A stretch of DNA of 64,000 nt from a virus: positions 1-64,000 of the IMG/VR virus record IMGVR_UViG_3300028274_000006. One strand, given 5' to 3'. A model generated the notes under the pieces. The model had not been told where the DNA came from. It saw only the letters and a program-made list of their open reading frames with translations, and did not search any database. The first letter of the stretch is position 1. Each line of letters begins with the position of its first letter. The position numbers and the translations under genes are program-made. This document shows, piece by piece, positions 37,334 to 47,473 of the stretch.

Positions 37334-37467
37334 TGTCTATATCAAGATGCCAATATTGTGACACAACTTACGATCAAGATTTTAACGCAGAGCATGAGGA
37401 AGAGTGCGAGATGGAAACTCAGGAAGAACACGAAGAAGTTTGTGAAGGATGGTTATTAGATAAATAG
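37333..37467 (+). CDS. Small very acidic Cys/His protein (44 aa)
   Basis: TAATG coupling; CQYC...EHEEEC. Confidence 0.55.
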   Translation: MSISRCQYCDTTYDQDFNAEHEEECEMETQEEHEEVCEGWLLDK

Positions 37468-37475
37468 GAGAAATT

Positions 37476-37820
37476 ATGAGAGATTTTACTAGAAAACAAC
37501 TCAAAGAAATGAGCAGAACAAAGCTAGTTGATATTGCATATAAAGCTATTCAAAAACAACGCCGCATGAATAGAGTTATGTTTTATGATGTTCCAAAAGA
37601 AATAATCCAAGAGTTATTCCAAGAATCATTTAATTATAAATATAAGAGAGATGAGTTTTTTGCTGGGATGAGATTTATTGAGGAATATGGCAAAAGATGT
37701 GTTGATGAATTAAATGAAATAAATGATTGGGAAGAGTATGAGGATGTTAAAGAATCATGGGGTTATGCAAATTGGTATAAATCATTAAGAGTGAGTTACC
37801 CAAATATAAATGATAAATAA
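37476..37820 (+). CDS. Hypothetical protein containing the A/B junction repeat
   Basis: AGGAG RBS; 3' part equals 1-143. Confidence 0.7.
   Translation: MRDFTRKQLKEMSRTKLVDIAYKAIQKQRRMNRVMFYDVPKEIIQELFQESFNYKYKRDEFFAGMRFIEEYGKRCVDELNEINDWEEYEDVKESWGYANWYKSLRVSYPNINDK
37674..37816 (+). repeat. Direct repeat copy 2
   Basis: 142/143 identical to 1-143; period 37673 bp. Confidence 0.95.
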
Positions 37821-38196
37821 CGAAGATAAAGAACTTATTAATAAATCAATAGAAGGAGACAACTATATGTCTAAAGATTTTACCGAGGCTAACTATGTAA
37901 TCAGCTTCATTAACGGACAACCTGGATTAGTGGTAAGAGGAGAAATGCCAGCAGAGATAGAGGAAAGAATGGAAGCTATACTTCCCTACTTCAAGAAGTT
38001 TAGAACCGCAGTAGAGAAGGCAGGTGCTAGTAAATCAGATGCACCTAAAACCAGAGGCATGATGGTTAAGTGTGAGAAGTGTGGATCAGGAATGGATCTT
38101 AGATCAGGCTACTCAAACAAAACCAAAAAGAACTGGAGTGGATACTTCTGTCCTAATAGCACAGATGATGATAAACACCCCGTGGTATGGGCGTAA
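37810..38196 (+). CDS. Hypothetical zinc-ribbon protein
   Basis: Homolog of 137-493. Confidence 0.7.
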   Translation: MINNEDKELINKSIEGDNYMSKDFTEANYVISFINGQPGLVVRGEMPAEIEERMEAILPYFKKFRTAVEKAGASKSDAPKTRGMMVKCEKCGSGMDLRSGYSNKTKKNWSGYFCPNSTDDDKHPVVWA

Positions 38197-38393
38197 AGGA
38201 CAATATGATTAATACAAAAACATGGGTGCCTATCAACGTACTAAGCAAGAGAACAGGTATAAGCCGACAATGGCTAACTAAGAAGGCTAAGCAGGGAGTA
38301 ATAAGAACAACTAAGCCTTTTGAGGAATCAACACTCAAGTACTACAACTTAGAAGATGCAATGAAACATTTTGATGTAGTTGACACTAAGTAA
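38187..38393 (+). CDS. Small HTH-like protein
   Basis: LSKRTGISRQWL. Confidence 0.6.
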   Translation: MGVKDNMINTKTWVPINVLSKRTGISRQWLTKKAKQGVIRTTKPFEESTLKYYNLEDAMKHFDVVDTK

Positions 38394-38488
38394 ACAACGT
38401 GCTTAAATAAACATAACCTGAACAAAAAAGAAACGTGCGGAAACTCAGACACAAGCAGGTGGACCAGGTTACAAAAGGAGAGAACAAA

Positions 38489-39016
38489 ATGAAAGCCAAA
38501 ACAAGAATTAAAAAAAGGAGCAGAGATGCCAAAGGCAGATTCACCATTATGTCGTGGAAAGACAGGTTGGTTGCCCTCACTATTTTGTTGGGTACTATGG
38601 GGTGGGGTTATCAGCTTCATATTAATCGTAGTGTTCCTAGTGAATGTGGCACTCCTATCATTGAAGTTAGAGAAGTTAGTGCATCAGAATCAACACCAGA
38701 TTTATACGTTCCACCCTCAACAGTCCTTAAGCAGATGAACCTACGCCCTGGGCTAATGAGTCGTATCAAAAACGTCTTTGGAGAGGGATGGACTTATGCT
38801 GCTGAGCTAATTTGGAGAGAGTCCTCTTTTAATGAGTTTGCCATTAATCCTACTAGTGGAGCTTGTGGACTAGCCCAAGCCCTACCTTGCGGGAAAATGG
38901 AGTGTAACTTAGAGGATATAGACTGTCAGTTAGAGTGGATTAAAAACTATACAGATGAAAGATATGGAGGTGCAGAGAACGCACTACTCTTTCATACGAA
39001 AGTAGGATGGTACTAA
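38489..39016 (+). CDS. Membrane-anchored lytic transglycosylase-like (SLT) protein
   Basis: TM helix; RESSFN..AINPTSGACGLAQAL; RYG...GWY. Confidence 0.8.
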   Translation: MKAKTRIKKRSRDAKGRFTIMSWKDRLVALTILLGTMGWGYQLHINRSVPSECGTPIIEVREVSASESTPDLYVPPSTVLKQMNLRPGLMSRIKNVFGEGWTYAAELIWRESSFNEFAINPTSGACGLAQALPCGKMECNLEDIDCQLEWIKNYTDERYGGAENALLFHTKVGWY

Positions 39017-39201
39017 TGTTAAAACTTAAAGATGAGATGACACTGGAAGAGGTAGCAGATGCACTGAGAGTCCACTACTCCTCAGTATATAGATGGATAA
39101 GAAGCTATGACCTCAAGGGAGAGAGAAGAAACGTAGCAGGAGTTAATAAGTGGATGGTTACTAGAGAACAAGTATTAAATTACCTGAAAGGGTTACAATG
39201 A
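39016..39201 (+). CDS. Excisionase-like HTH protein
   Basis: MTLEEVADALRVHYSSVYRWI. Confidence 0.78.
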   Translation: MLKLKDEMTLEEVADALRVHYSSVYRWIRSYDLKGERRNVAGVNKWMVTREQVLNYLKGLQ

Positions 39202-39470
39202 AGAAAAGGAAAGCTCAACTTCAGACCATCATAATGTTGGTCATGTTCTTATTAATATTAATTGGAATCGCCACCGAAGCGGTGACACTCCTACAAACAC
39301 TACCAATTCTAATTGCCATTTTCCTCGGAAAGATGACTCAATTAAAGAAAATGGACAGTATCTACGTGATATCTTTGTCTGTAGTGATGTTATTAGTAAA
39401 CACTGTGGTGTTTTCTTTTGCTGACATCGTTTTATGGGCAGCACTAGGATACTCATTTTGGAGGAAATAA
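39198..39470 (+). CDS. Small multi-pass membrane protein (unit B only)
   Basis: 90 aa, mostly hydrophobic. Confidence 0.65.
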   Translation: MKKRKAQLQTIIMLVMFLLILIGIATEAVTLLQTLPILIAIFLGKMTQLKKMDSIYVISLSVVMLLVNTVVFSFADIVLWAALGYSFWRK

Positions 39471-39471
39471 T

Positions 39472-39636
39472 ATGTTCAAATGGTTAAAGAAACTATTCTC
39501 AATCAAATATGTCTGTCCAGTATGTGAGGACACCTTTGAAACCAGTAGGGGTAGAGATATCCATATCGGCAACAAGAAGGAAGATATGCACATAATGTAC
39601 AAGCACAACAAGTTGATTAGGGAAATGAATGGCTAA
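39472..39636 (+). CDS. Small C2H2-type zinc-finger protein (54 aa)
   Basis: YVCPVCEDTFETSRGRDIH...H. Confidence 0.65.
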   Translation: MFKWLKKLFSIKYVCPVCEDTFETSRGRDIHIGNKKEDMHIMYKHNKLIREMNG

Positions 39637-40090
39637 GTACACTAAGAAATCTCAGACAAAAAAGAAGGTGAGGACTCATAGGATTTGCTCAGGATGCAAT
39701 CGCAAGAGACTGATTAAGTTCTATGAGAAACCCACCTCTCTAAAGTGTGATGAGTGCAAACGTAAGGCTAAGAGAGTTAAGAAGCAGAGTAGCCCAGGCA
39801 GAGTAAGACAGCAAATGGACAAGACACTAAGAGAGATTATAGTTAAGAGAGACAAAAGTACTTGCCAATGGTGTATGAAGAAGCTAGAGGGAAGAAATTG
39901 TCATATGTCTCACGTCTATAGCAAGGGAGCACACCCAGAACTAAGACACGATCACTTCAATGTTAAGATTCTCTGCTATCGCTGTCATATAAAGAAGTGG
40001 CACAAAGACCCGATAATAGCCCTAGAGTGGTTTAAGGGTAAATTTCCAGACAGATACTTATATCTAACAAGAAGAATAAAGAATCAATGA
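39629..40090 (+). CDS. HNH nuclease (NinG-like)
   Basis: RDKSTCQWC, HMSH, NVKILCYRCH. Confidence 0.75.
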   Translation: MAKYTKKSQTKKKVRTHRICSGCNRKRLIKFYEKPTSLKCDECKRKAKRVKKQSSPGRVRQQMDKTLREIIVKRDKSTCQWCMKKLEGRNCHMSHVYSKGAHPELRHDHFNVKILCYRCHIKKWHKDPIIALEWFKGKFPDRYLYLTRRIKNQ

Positions 40091-40431
40091 ACATAGCTAA
40101 AGAACTATTCTCTATCAGTACAGAGGCGGTAAAAGGGAACACAGACCCACATAGAGCAGTAGAGTTACTTCAGAAACTATCAGCGTTAATAGGTATGGCA
40201 ACAGATGAATGGATAGAAGCGGAGATGGGCTACAATAGGCTATACAAGGGCTTAACCAATGATTATGAGAAGATCTCAGAGGCTAGAGCAAACGCAAAAG
40301 CAACAGAAGAATATAAACAGAAACTATTAAAAGAATCACAAATAGACAGCATTAACAGACTAATAGACTCAATGAAGTACTTAATAAAACTAAAGATGAA
40401 CGAGTATCAGGGTAGTAGGTATCAGACTTAA
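40087..40431 (+). CDS. Helical hypothetical protein
   Basis: 114 aa, coiled-coil character. Confidence 0.55.
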   Translation: MNIAKELFSISTEAVKGNTDPHRAVELLQKLSALIGMATDEWIEAEMGYNRLYKGLTNDYEKISEARANAKATEEYKQKLLKESQIDSINRLIDSMKYLIKLKMNEYQGSRYQT

Positions 40432-40726
40432 AGGAGCATAATGGGAGAAATGATTAAATGGCTAATAATAGCTCTACTAACTTCAATAGCTATACTATGG
40501 CTTGATGCTATGTTAAGAGGAGGGGTAACTCCCTGGTAAAAGAAAGATAAATAACATTATGAAAGAAGCTATTACTAACCAAACGGAGGAGGAGTAGATG
40601 ATTTTTAACTTTTTAACAGAAACGGCATTTAGTTTACTAATGTTGGTAGGAGTTCTATTATTAATCTATTTTATTATATTAACTATTTTGATGATTAAAG
40701 ATTTGTTTAACTAAAAGGAGGGTGAG

Positions 40727-40915
40727 ATGAAAGATAAAATAAGAGCCTATTTTCAATCTTTTCAAGATACAACAATAACTTGGGGTAAAGGTAATGATAA
40801 TAAAGTTAGTAACTCAGCTGTAGCGATTGGACTAATATTTTTTCCAATATCAATAGCGGGTTGGGTAATAAGTATGATTTTAAGCCTTATTGCGAGGTGG
40901 CTTGAGAAAGACTAA
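40727..40915 (+). CDS. Small membrane protein
   Basis: GGAGG RBS; TM segment. Confidence 0.55.
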   Translation: MKDKIRAYFQSFQDTTITWGKGNDNKVSNSAVAIGLIFFPISIAGWVISMILSLIARWLEKD

Positions 40916-40950
40916 AAGGAATCTATGAGTAATGAGTATAAGGGGGAAGA

Positions 40951-41142
40951 ATGACATCAGCAGAAACTATAAACAAAGAATACGCTAGACTAGAAGAAGA
41001 ACTAGGAGAAAATAACCCTGAGATAATCTCAGCATTAGTGGAAGTGTATGGAGCTGAATCAGTTAGTCAGTGGATGATGAGTAAGTCAGCAGGACTACTA
41101 GATAAGCCAAATAAACAAGAATACGGACTTAGTTGGGATTAA
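40951..41142 (+). CDS. Hypothetical protein
   Basis: 63-aa ORF. Confidence 0.5.
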   Translation: MTSAETINKEYARLEEELGENNPEIISALVEVYGAESVSQWMMSKSAGLLDKPNKQEYGLSWD

Positions 41143-41197
41143 TGATTTATCTAATTATATTAGGAGCAATACTATGCTACCTAGCTGAGAGGAAGAA

Positions 41198-41371
41198 GTG
41201 AAACTGAAAAAACTTAACCCTAAACAAGTTAGACAAGGATACGATAAAGGATATGTAGACGGATACAATGCAGCAATAGACGATCTAGATGAAGAAAGAT
41301 TACCAAGAGAATTACCTCAAGTAGATCCACTCCCCCGCCCCTCTTTAGACCTAAAAGAGAGTAGAGGATAG
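41198..41371 (+). CDS. Small protein homologous to the 34-aa extension upstream of ugd in unit A
   Basis: PKQVRQGYDKGYVDGYN vs PKQVRPGYDKGFIDGYN. Confidence 0.6.
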   Translation: MKLKKLNPKQVRQGYDKGYVDGYNAAIDDLDEERLPRELPQVDPLPRPSLDLKESRG

Positions 41372-41431
41372 GTAAAAACGCAAGAATAATAAGGGAATCA
41401 TGCAAGAATAAAGTATGGTATATTAAGAAGT

Positions 41432-41686
41432 ATGACGGATAAGAAAACCCCAGCAGAGAAAAAGAAGGGGGAGCAGCTATCTAATATGTCTATTAGAGAA
41501 GCACTAAGACCCCACGCTATTAGAGCAGTTGAAAGATTGGTTGAATTAATGGAATCAACTAATGACAACGTAGCTCTAGGAGCATCTAAAGAAGTAATCG
41601 GCAGATTTATCCCCACACTCAAATCAACGGAAATAACAGGTAAAGACGGAGAGAAAATTCCCTTTACCATTATCCTCAAAAAATGA
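41432..41686 (+). CDS. terS: Terminase small subunit (not visibly related to unit A TerS), leaderless
   Basis: Directly upstream of TerL; C-terminal EITGKDGEKI. Confidence 0.7.
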   Translation: MTDKKTPAEKKKGEQLSNMSIREALRPHAIRAVERLVELMESTNDNVALGASKEVIGRFIPTLKSTEITGKDGEKIPFTIILKK

Positions 41687-42927
41687 ATGAAGCAGAACTA
41701 TCCACATGGCAGGATGAAGTATGGAAAGACGATCACCGCTACAAGGTAATTAACTGTGGTAGGCGGGCTGGCAAGAGTTTTCTTACAGCAGCAAAGATGG
41801 TGGACTACTGCTCTAACAATGACAACTCAATCGTATGGTACATAGCTCCAAACTATAGACAAGCCAAACAAATCATGTGGCAGATGGTAGTAGATTTTAT
41901 CCCCGAATGGTGTGTTAAGAAGAAAAATGAGACAGAGCTAATCATCTGGTTTACTAATGGATCTAAACTATTATTAAAAGGTGCAGAGAATCCAGACTCA
42001 CTAAGAGGTGTACGCATTGATCTAGCAGTATTTGATGAAGTTGCCTTTATCAGCAAGTGGGATGAGGTATGGAAAGTAATAAGACCTACGCTAATGGATA
42101 GCAAGGCAGACGTTTGGTTTATCTCAACACCCAATGGATTTAATCATTTTAAGAGATTATATGAGAAGGTAGACGACGACTGGGCATCTTTCCACTTCAC
42201 TACCTACGACAACCCCCACATCCCCAGAGAAGAAATAGAATCATCTAAAGAAGAGATGGATGACGACTCATTTGCTCAAGAGATCATGGGTGAGTTTAAG
42301 AAGATGAGCGGGCTTGTTTATAAAGACTTCAGACGTATCACTCACATGGTACAGATTCCTGATTTAGAGGGATTCACCTTCACTAGAGCTATTGACTTCG
42401 GGTTTAACCACAAGACCGCATTGGGGTACTTTGCCATCAATTCCACAGGTACAGAGATATATATGTACGATGGCATCTATGAGTCTGGGCTAACAATGAA
42501 AGATATTGCTTCGGCAGTTAAGATTAAAGACGCAGGCAAGATAATCAACAACCCTATTGCCGACTCAGCACAACCACTCTACTTAGAAGAGCTTTCACGT
42601 GAAAACGTACACTTCAATCCAGTAGTTAAGGGACCAGACAGCGTTCAGGCTGGTATTACTAAATTAGCTGAACTCCTAAAGATAAGACAGGATACTGGTA
42701 AGCCAACACTGATGTTTAACAAGAACCTACCTTGGATAGCTGATGAAATGGAGAAGTACCGATGGATGGAAAACAAGACACAAGGCATTATTAAGAATAC
42801 CCCTCTCAAGAGAGAAGATGATGCAGTAGATATGTGCAGATATTTTGCTATGAATTATATGGGTGGAGAGAAAAGAGAGTACAGACAACCTAGCCGACCA
42901 CGCTTGACATACGGCAGGCGTAGGTGA
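41683..42927 (+). CDS. terL: Terminase large subunit
   Basis: GRRAGKS, VFDEVA, IDFG, DDAVD. Confidence 0.95.
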   Translation: MNEAELSTWQDEVWKDDHRYKVINCGRRAGKSFLTAAKMVDYCSNNDNSIVWYIAPNYRQAKQIMWQMVVDFIPEWCVKKKNETELIIWFTNGSKLLLKGAENPDSLRGVRIDLAVFDEVAFISKWDEVWKVIRPTLMDSKADVWFISTPNGFNHFKRLYEKVDDDWASFHFTTYDNPHIPREEIESSKEEMDDDSFAQEIMGEFKKMSGLVYKDFRRITHMVQIPDLEGFTFTRAIDFGFNHKTALGYFAINSTGTEIYMYDGIYESGLTMKDIASAVKIKDAGKIINNPIADSAQPLYLEELSRENVHFNPVVKGPDSVQAGITKLAELLKIRQDTGKPTLMFNKNLPWIADEMEKYRWMENKTQGIIKNTPLKREDDAVDMCRYFAMNYMGGEKREYRQPSRPRLTYGRRR

Positions 42928-42969
42928 TATTTTAATATAAACAGCGGAGCCGTCACCCAAAGAGGTGAT

Positions 42970-44706
42970 ATGGCAAACAAAACCAAAGCAAAGTCCAACG
43001 AGACTTTAGCACAAGACATAGTAAATAAATTCAATCATTCCCTGACATGGCGAAACCCCTTCAAAGAGAAGTGGGATCGTTTTTATAAAATGTACCGATC
43101 ATACTTAGATGACACGGCTTATCCTTGGCAATCTAACGTATGGGTACCTTACTCATTTTCAACAATAGAAACTCTAGCTCCAAGAATGGTAGCCCGCAGA
43201 CCACAAATAGATGTGATGCCTCGTGAAGCTGCTGATGAGGAGTACGCAGATATTCAATCTAAGTTGATTGATTTTGAATGGGAAGCGATGAAGGCTGACG
43301 ACATCATTGAAGATGCCGTTAAGTCTCAATTAATGTATGGAACCGCAATACTTAAAATGTTTTGGAAAACAGAGAAGGCTGATGTAGTAAAGAAGGAACA
43401 AGTAGACGAAACCTTCCCTGAGCTTGGAACTGTAGAGGAAGAAGTAGAGACAACCATCTTTGATGGTCCTACTATGGAATTGGTAGATCTATACGACTTC
43501 TTCTGGGATCCAAGGGCTATTGATATGGAATCAGCTCGTTGGGTAGCTCATAGAATGTACCGAACATTTGAACACTTAGAGCAATTACAAAAAGAAGGAG
43601 TTTACAAGAACGTCAAGCTCTTAGAAGAAGCAACCATGTTAAGTGCAGATGATGAGAAGTCTGCAAGGCGTGGAACTCTGGGAGTTGCTATGCCAGATGA
43701 ACTAGATCAAAAAAATGAAGGTAAGAGGATGATTGAGTTGATTGAGTACTGGGAGGATGACAGAGTAGTCACAGTTGCCAATAGAAATATTGTCATTCGT
43801 GATGAAGCCAATCCATACAGACATGGAAAGAAGCCATTTGTGAGATTAATAGACCAATCAGTGCCTCACGAGTTCCTTGGAATTGGAGAGCTAGAACCTA
43901 TTGAAACACTACAGTATGAGCTTAATGACCGACGTAATCAGAGAATGGATAACGTAACCTTAGTCCTAAACAGGATGTGGAAGGTTAAAAATGGTGCAAA
44001 CGTAGATGAGGATGAGTTAGTATCTGACGCAGGTGGAGTAGTACACACTGATGATATGAACGGTATTGAAGACCTTAGCATGCCTGATGTTACCTCATCT
44101 AGTTATAACGAAGAGACATTAATTAAAGGTGACATCCAACAAACCACAGGAGTCTCTGACTTCACTCGTGGAATTGGTTCCGAGTCACTAGGTAATGATA
44201 CCGCTACAGGCATCTCACTTATTCAAGAGGCTGGTAACGCTAGGTTTAGATTAAAGATCCGTAACTTAGAGTCTGCCATTGAAGAGATGGGAAGAATGAT
44301 GGTGTCTCTTAACGAACAGTTCTTATCGGAAGAGAAGGTAATCCGCATCATGGGAGACGATGGTCTTGAATGGGTAGCTGTCAGACCAGATGACATGAGA
44401 GGAAACTTTGATGTAATGGTACAAAGTGGCTCCACTTTACCTAGTAATGAAGCTGTAGAACGCAAACAAATAATGGAGATGTTCCAGATATTTGCAGGTG
44501 ACCCAGAAGTTAATCAACGAGAGCTTAAAAAGAGGGTGTTAGAAACCTTTGGAGTTAAGAATCTTGATAAACTTTTAACACCTGTAGCTGGAGTAGGACC
44601 AGAAGGACTACCTTTTCCAAATGAGCCTCAAGCTGGTGCTCCAGCCCCAGGACAATTAGATCAACAAGGGATATTACAAAGTGCATTAGCTCCTGAGAGG
44701 GTTTAA
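42970..44706 (+). CDS. Portal protein
   Basis: 578-aa homolog of 7458-9194. Confidence 0.9.
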   Translation: MANKTKAKSNETLAQDIVNKFNHSLTWRNPFKEKWDRFYKMYRSYLDDTAYPWQSNVWVPYSFSTIETLAPRMVARRPQIDVMPREAADEEYADIQSKLIDFEWEAMKADDIIEDAVKSQLMYGTAILKMFWKTEKADVVKKEQVDETFPELGTVEEEVETTIFDGPTMELVDLYDFFWDPRAIDMESARWVAHRMYRTFEHLEQLQKEGVYKNVKLLEEATMLSADDEKSARRGTLGVAMPDELDQKNEGKRMIELIEYWEDDRVVTVANRNIVIRDEANPYRHGKKPFVRLIDQSVPHEFLGIGELEPIETLQYELNDRRNQRMDNVTLVLNRMWKVKNGANVDEDELVSDAGGVVHTDDMNGIEDLSMPDVTSSSYNEETLIKGDIQQTTGVSDFTRGIGSESLGNDTATGISLIQEAGNARFRLKIRNLESAIEEMGRMMVSLNEQFLSEEKVIRIMGDDGLEWVAVRPDDMRGNFDVMVQSGSTLPSNEAVERKQIMEMFQIFAGDPEVNQRELKKRVLETFGVKNLDKLLTPVAGVGPEGLPFPNEPQAGAPAPGQLDQQGILQSALAPERV

Positions 44707-44978
44707 TGAAGACAAAACAAGAAGTTCGTGAGGGCAAGACCCGCATGATAAATCAAGGCAAATTAATTGCCGAACTAAAAGAACACAAAGGCTATGAGCT
44801 CCTAGAGAGCAGATTAGTTAAACTTTGTGAGGATGCTAAGGAAAGTATCTTAGCTTCTGAGTCCTTTGAGGACTTCCGCTATAGACGGGGGTACTTAGAC
44901 GGACTTAATGCTCTTATGCAGGAGACTGACACGATCATCTCCAAAGGCAAGAAACAAGAGCAGCTAATTAACAAGTAA
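44706..44978 (+). CDS. Small head-module protein
   Basis: Homolog of 10418-10690. Confidence 0.75.
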   Translation: MKTKQEVREGKTRMINQGKLIAELKEHKGYELLESRLVKLCEDAKESILASESFEDFRYRRGYLDGLNALMQETDTIISKGKKQEQLINK

Positions 44979-44981
44979 ATA

Positions 44982-45084
44982 GTTGTAGGTTACACGCAGC
45001 AAAGCAGCTCTCTTTCATTATTGACTGTTCCGTCTGTTCTTATTAAACCGCAAAGCAGTTGCTTTGTTGCCTGTAGCTTACAAC
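44982..45084 (+). promoter_or_regulatory. Conserved 28-bp RNA helix upstream of scaffold gene
   Basis: 44982-45009/45057-45084, 27/28 paired. Confidence 0.75.
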
Positions 45085-45099
45085 AGTTAAAGGAGATCT

Positions 45100-45885
45100 A
45101 TGTCAGATCCAAAAACCGACGCAGCCTCCAGCAACGTACCAGGTGCAGATGAGCAAACCTCAAATACACCTGAGTTACTGAAACTGGAACAAGCTATTGA
45201 AGCTGAGGCTGGAACGGCAGAGTCACCCGAAACTTCTTCCAAAGAGAACCAGGAAACTGATGCCCCTTACGGAAAAGCATTTCAGGACTTGGCTGAGAAG
45301 AAAGGATTCAAAGATGTTGATGATTTGGTGAAAGCCTATCAAAACGCTGAGAGTTCTTCTACTCGTATATCACAGGAGATTAAGGACCTCCGCACAGAGA
45401 TAAAGCAGTCAAATGCTCCTCAAGCGGATGATCCATACAGCGACTTACCGCCAGAGCAAAAGCAAGCCCTTGAACTCTTGCGTAGCGTTGTACAAGACGA
45501 GATTGGTAAATCCATCTCGCCATTAAAGGAAGATTTTGAAGTCAAGCAGGCTTCTTTGAAACTACAGGAGGTCAGAGATGCCTTCCCAGGTGTTTCAGAT
45601 TACCAGCTTGATGAAGCCATAACTCAAACAGAGAAAGTTCCAGGCTTAACCCTAGAACAGGCTGTCAAAATCATAACCTATGATGATGCTCGTAGTGACG
45701 GAACTACTCAAAGGAAGAGAGCTGCAAAGACTCAGCAGAAGAAAAGGGCATACGTTGAGTCTGGTAAAACATCTAAGACCGGTGGAGACCTTGATTACTC
45801 AAAACTCTCATTGGAAGAGCTAGAGAAGATTCTCCCCGCATCGGGTCAATTTATTGATTCGGGTGGTGTTTTACGAAACAAGTAA
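45100..45885 (+). CDS. Capsid scaffolding protein
   Basis: Homolog of 10816-11601. Confidence 0.8.
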   Translation: MSDPKTDAASSNVPGADEQTSNTPELLKLEQAIEAEAGTAESPETSSKENQETDAPYGKAFQDLAEKKGFKDVDDLVKAYQNAESSSTRISQEIKDLRTEIKQSNAPQADDPYSDLPPEQKQALELLRSVVQDEIGKSISPLKEDFEVKQASLKLQEVRDAFPGVSDYQLDEAITQTEKVPGLTLEQAVKIITYDDARSDGTTQRKRAAKTQQKKRAYVESGKTSKTGGDLDYSKLSLEELEKILPASGQFIDSGGVLRNK

Positions 45886-45910
45886 TAACTAATACCATAG
45901 GAGAAAAAAC

Positions 45911-46831
45911 ATGGCATTAACAACCAGTGGTACACTCTCCAGTGTGGTGGCTGCTTATTACGACAAACGCTTCCTCATGCGAGCTGAAGCCGAATTCGTA
46001 TTTAAGCAACTAGGTAGGATCGGTGTCGTTCCTGCAAACGAAGGTAAAACTGTCGTTTGGAATAGATACACGAACCCTAGTGCAAAAACCGCACTGACAG
46101 AAGGTACTGACCCAACCCCTAGCGGACTATCCGCTACTTTAGTAAGTGCTACCGTTTCCCAATACGGAAACTTTGAGCAAATCACTGACTATTTGAGCTT
46201 AACCTCAATAGACAACAGTGTAGCCTCAGCAGTTGATTTATTGGCTTACGAAGCCGCACTCTCCATTGACTCTGCTATTTTGGCAGTAGTTGATGGTGGA
46301 ACCAGCATCATTTATGCGTCAGGTGTTGCTAATAGAACCTCTATTAGTGCAACTGATATCATGCAAGTTGCTGATGTTCGTAAAACTGTGCGTGAGCTAA
46401 AGAGCAATAACGCTAAACCCCAGAAGAAATCTGGAACCTTTATGGCTGTAATCCACCCCGATGTGGAATATGACCTACAAGGTGACAGCAACTGGACAAA
46501 TGCTCATCTTTATACCGATTCCGGTCTTAAAGGTGGTATTTATAATGGCGAGGTCGGTAAACTTTACGGTGTTCGTTTCTTAACGACCACTCAAGCTCCA
46601 ATTCTGATTAACTCAGGTTCTTCAGACGGAGTTGAAGTCTATCAATCTATGTTCTTCGGTGAAGAAGCATTTGGAGTTTCCGAACTTCAAAGCCTGACCA
46701 CTTATGTGGACAGCCCTTCACCCCGAAGCGCATTACGCTTATACAGTGATGTCGGCTGGAAAGCTGGCTTCTGTGCAAAGATTCTCAATGAGAATTTCAT
46801 GTACACTGTAGAATCCGCAGCAACTCAATAA
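45911..46831 (+). CDS. Major capsid protein, N4-gp56 family
   Basis: Homolog of 11623-12543. Confidence 0.9.
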   Translation: MALTTSGTLSSVVAAYYDKRFLMRAEAEFVFKQLGRIGVVPANEGKTVVWNRYTNPSAKTALTEGTDPTPSGLSATLVSATVSQYGNFEQITDYLSLTSIDNSVASAVDLLAYEAALSIDSAILAVVDGGTSIIYASGVANRTSISATDIMQVADVRKTVRELKSNNAKPQKKSGTFMAVIHPDVEYDLQGDSNWTNAHLYTDSGLKGGIYNGEVGKLYGVRFLTTTQAPILINSGSSDGVEVYQSMFFGEEAFGVSELQSLTTYVDSPSPRSALRLYSDVGWKAGFCAKILNENFMYTVESAATQ

Positions 46832-46850
46832 GTTGTAGCAATTTCCAATT

Positions 46851-46872
46851 AGGCTCCTTCGGGAGCCTTTTT
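46851..46872 (+). terminator. Intrinsic terminator after MCP
   Basis: Identical to 12565-12586. Confidence 0.9.
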
Positions 46873-46876
46873 GGTT

Positions 46877-46887
46877 TGTGCTATAAT
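46877..46887 (+). promoter_or_regulatory. Extended -10 promoter
   Basis: TGTGCTATAAT. Confidence 0.65.
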
Positions 46888-46917
46888 GTGGTTATATAAG
46901 AAAAAAGGAGCAGTCTT

Positions 46918-47190
46918 ATGATTATCCCCACAAACGAAAACGTGTTGGTCAAAGCTATTAAAAGAGAGAAGATTAAAACTGATTCTGGTATCTATCTTTC
47001 AGGAGGAACAAGCCAGCAAGAAGAATCCTTGCGTTATGGGGAGATCTTTCATCCAGGTGATACTGAATACTCTAAAGAAGATAAGATTTTCTATTCAGCC
47101 TACAGTGCTGTGTGGGTAAATGATGATGACGGTACAGAGTATCAATTACTAAGCCATCACGACATAATGGCAAAAGATGAACCTAAATAA
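46918..47190 (+). CDS. groES: Co-chaperonin GroES
   Basis: KTDSGIYL mobile-loop motif. Confidence 0.85.
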   Translation: MIIPTNENVLVKAIKREKIKTDSGIYLSGGTSQQEESLRYGEIFHPGDTEYSKEDKIFYSAYSAVWVNDDDGTEYQLLSHHDIMAKDEPK

Positions 47191-47473
47191 GTTGGAACGC
47201 CTGCTAAAACAAACAAACCCTCGTTATAGAATTAGACAGCGTGGGTTTAATCATGTCGCTGGAATCTTCCTTGGAAATGAGTTTATGCTCACTGTCACTA
47301 AGGGACACATCCCCCTCAATTCATATAGAATGGTAGCTCAAACAAATGACAGGCTTAAAGAGAGAATCATTAAGCGTGGTCGTGCTGATGCTTTAAGAAT
47401 CCTCAATCGTCGTCGTAAGTTAGGAAGAAAAGAGTCTATAAAGATTAAATGGGGGAAGAATGCCAAAGATTAG
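47177..47473 (+). CDS. Basic hypothetical protein
   Basis: Homolog of 12881-13177. Confidence 0.7.
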   Translation: MNLNKLERLLKQTNPRYRIRQRGFNHVAGIFLGNEFMLTVTKGHIPLNSYRMVAQTNDRLKERIIKRGRADALRILNRRRKLGRKESIKIKWGKNAKD

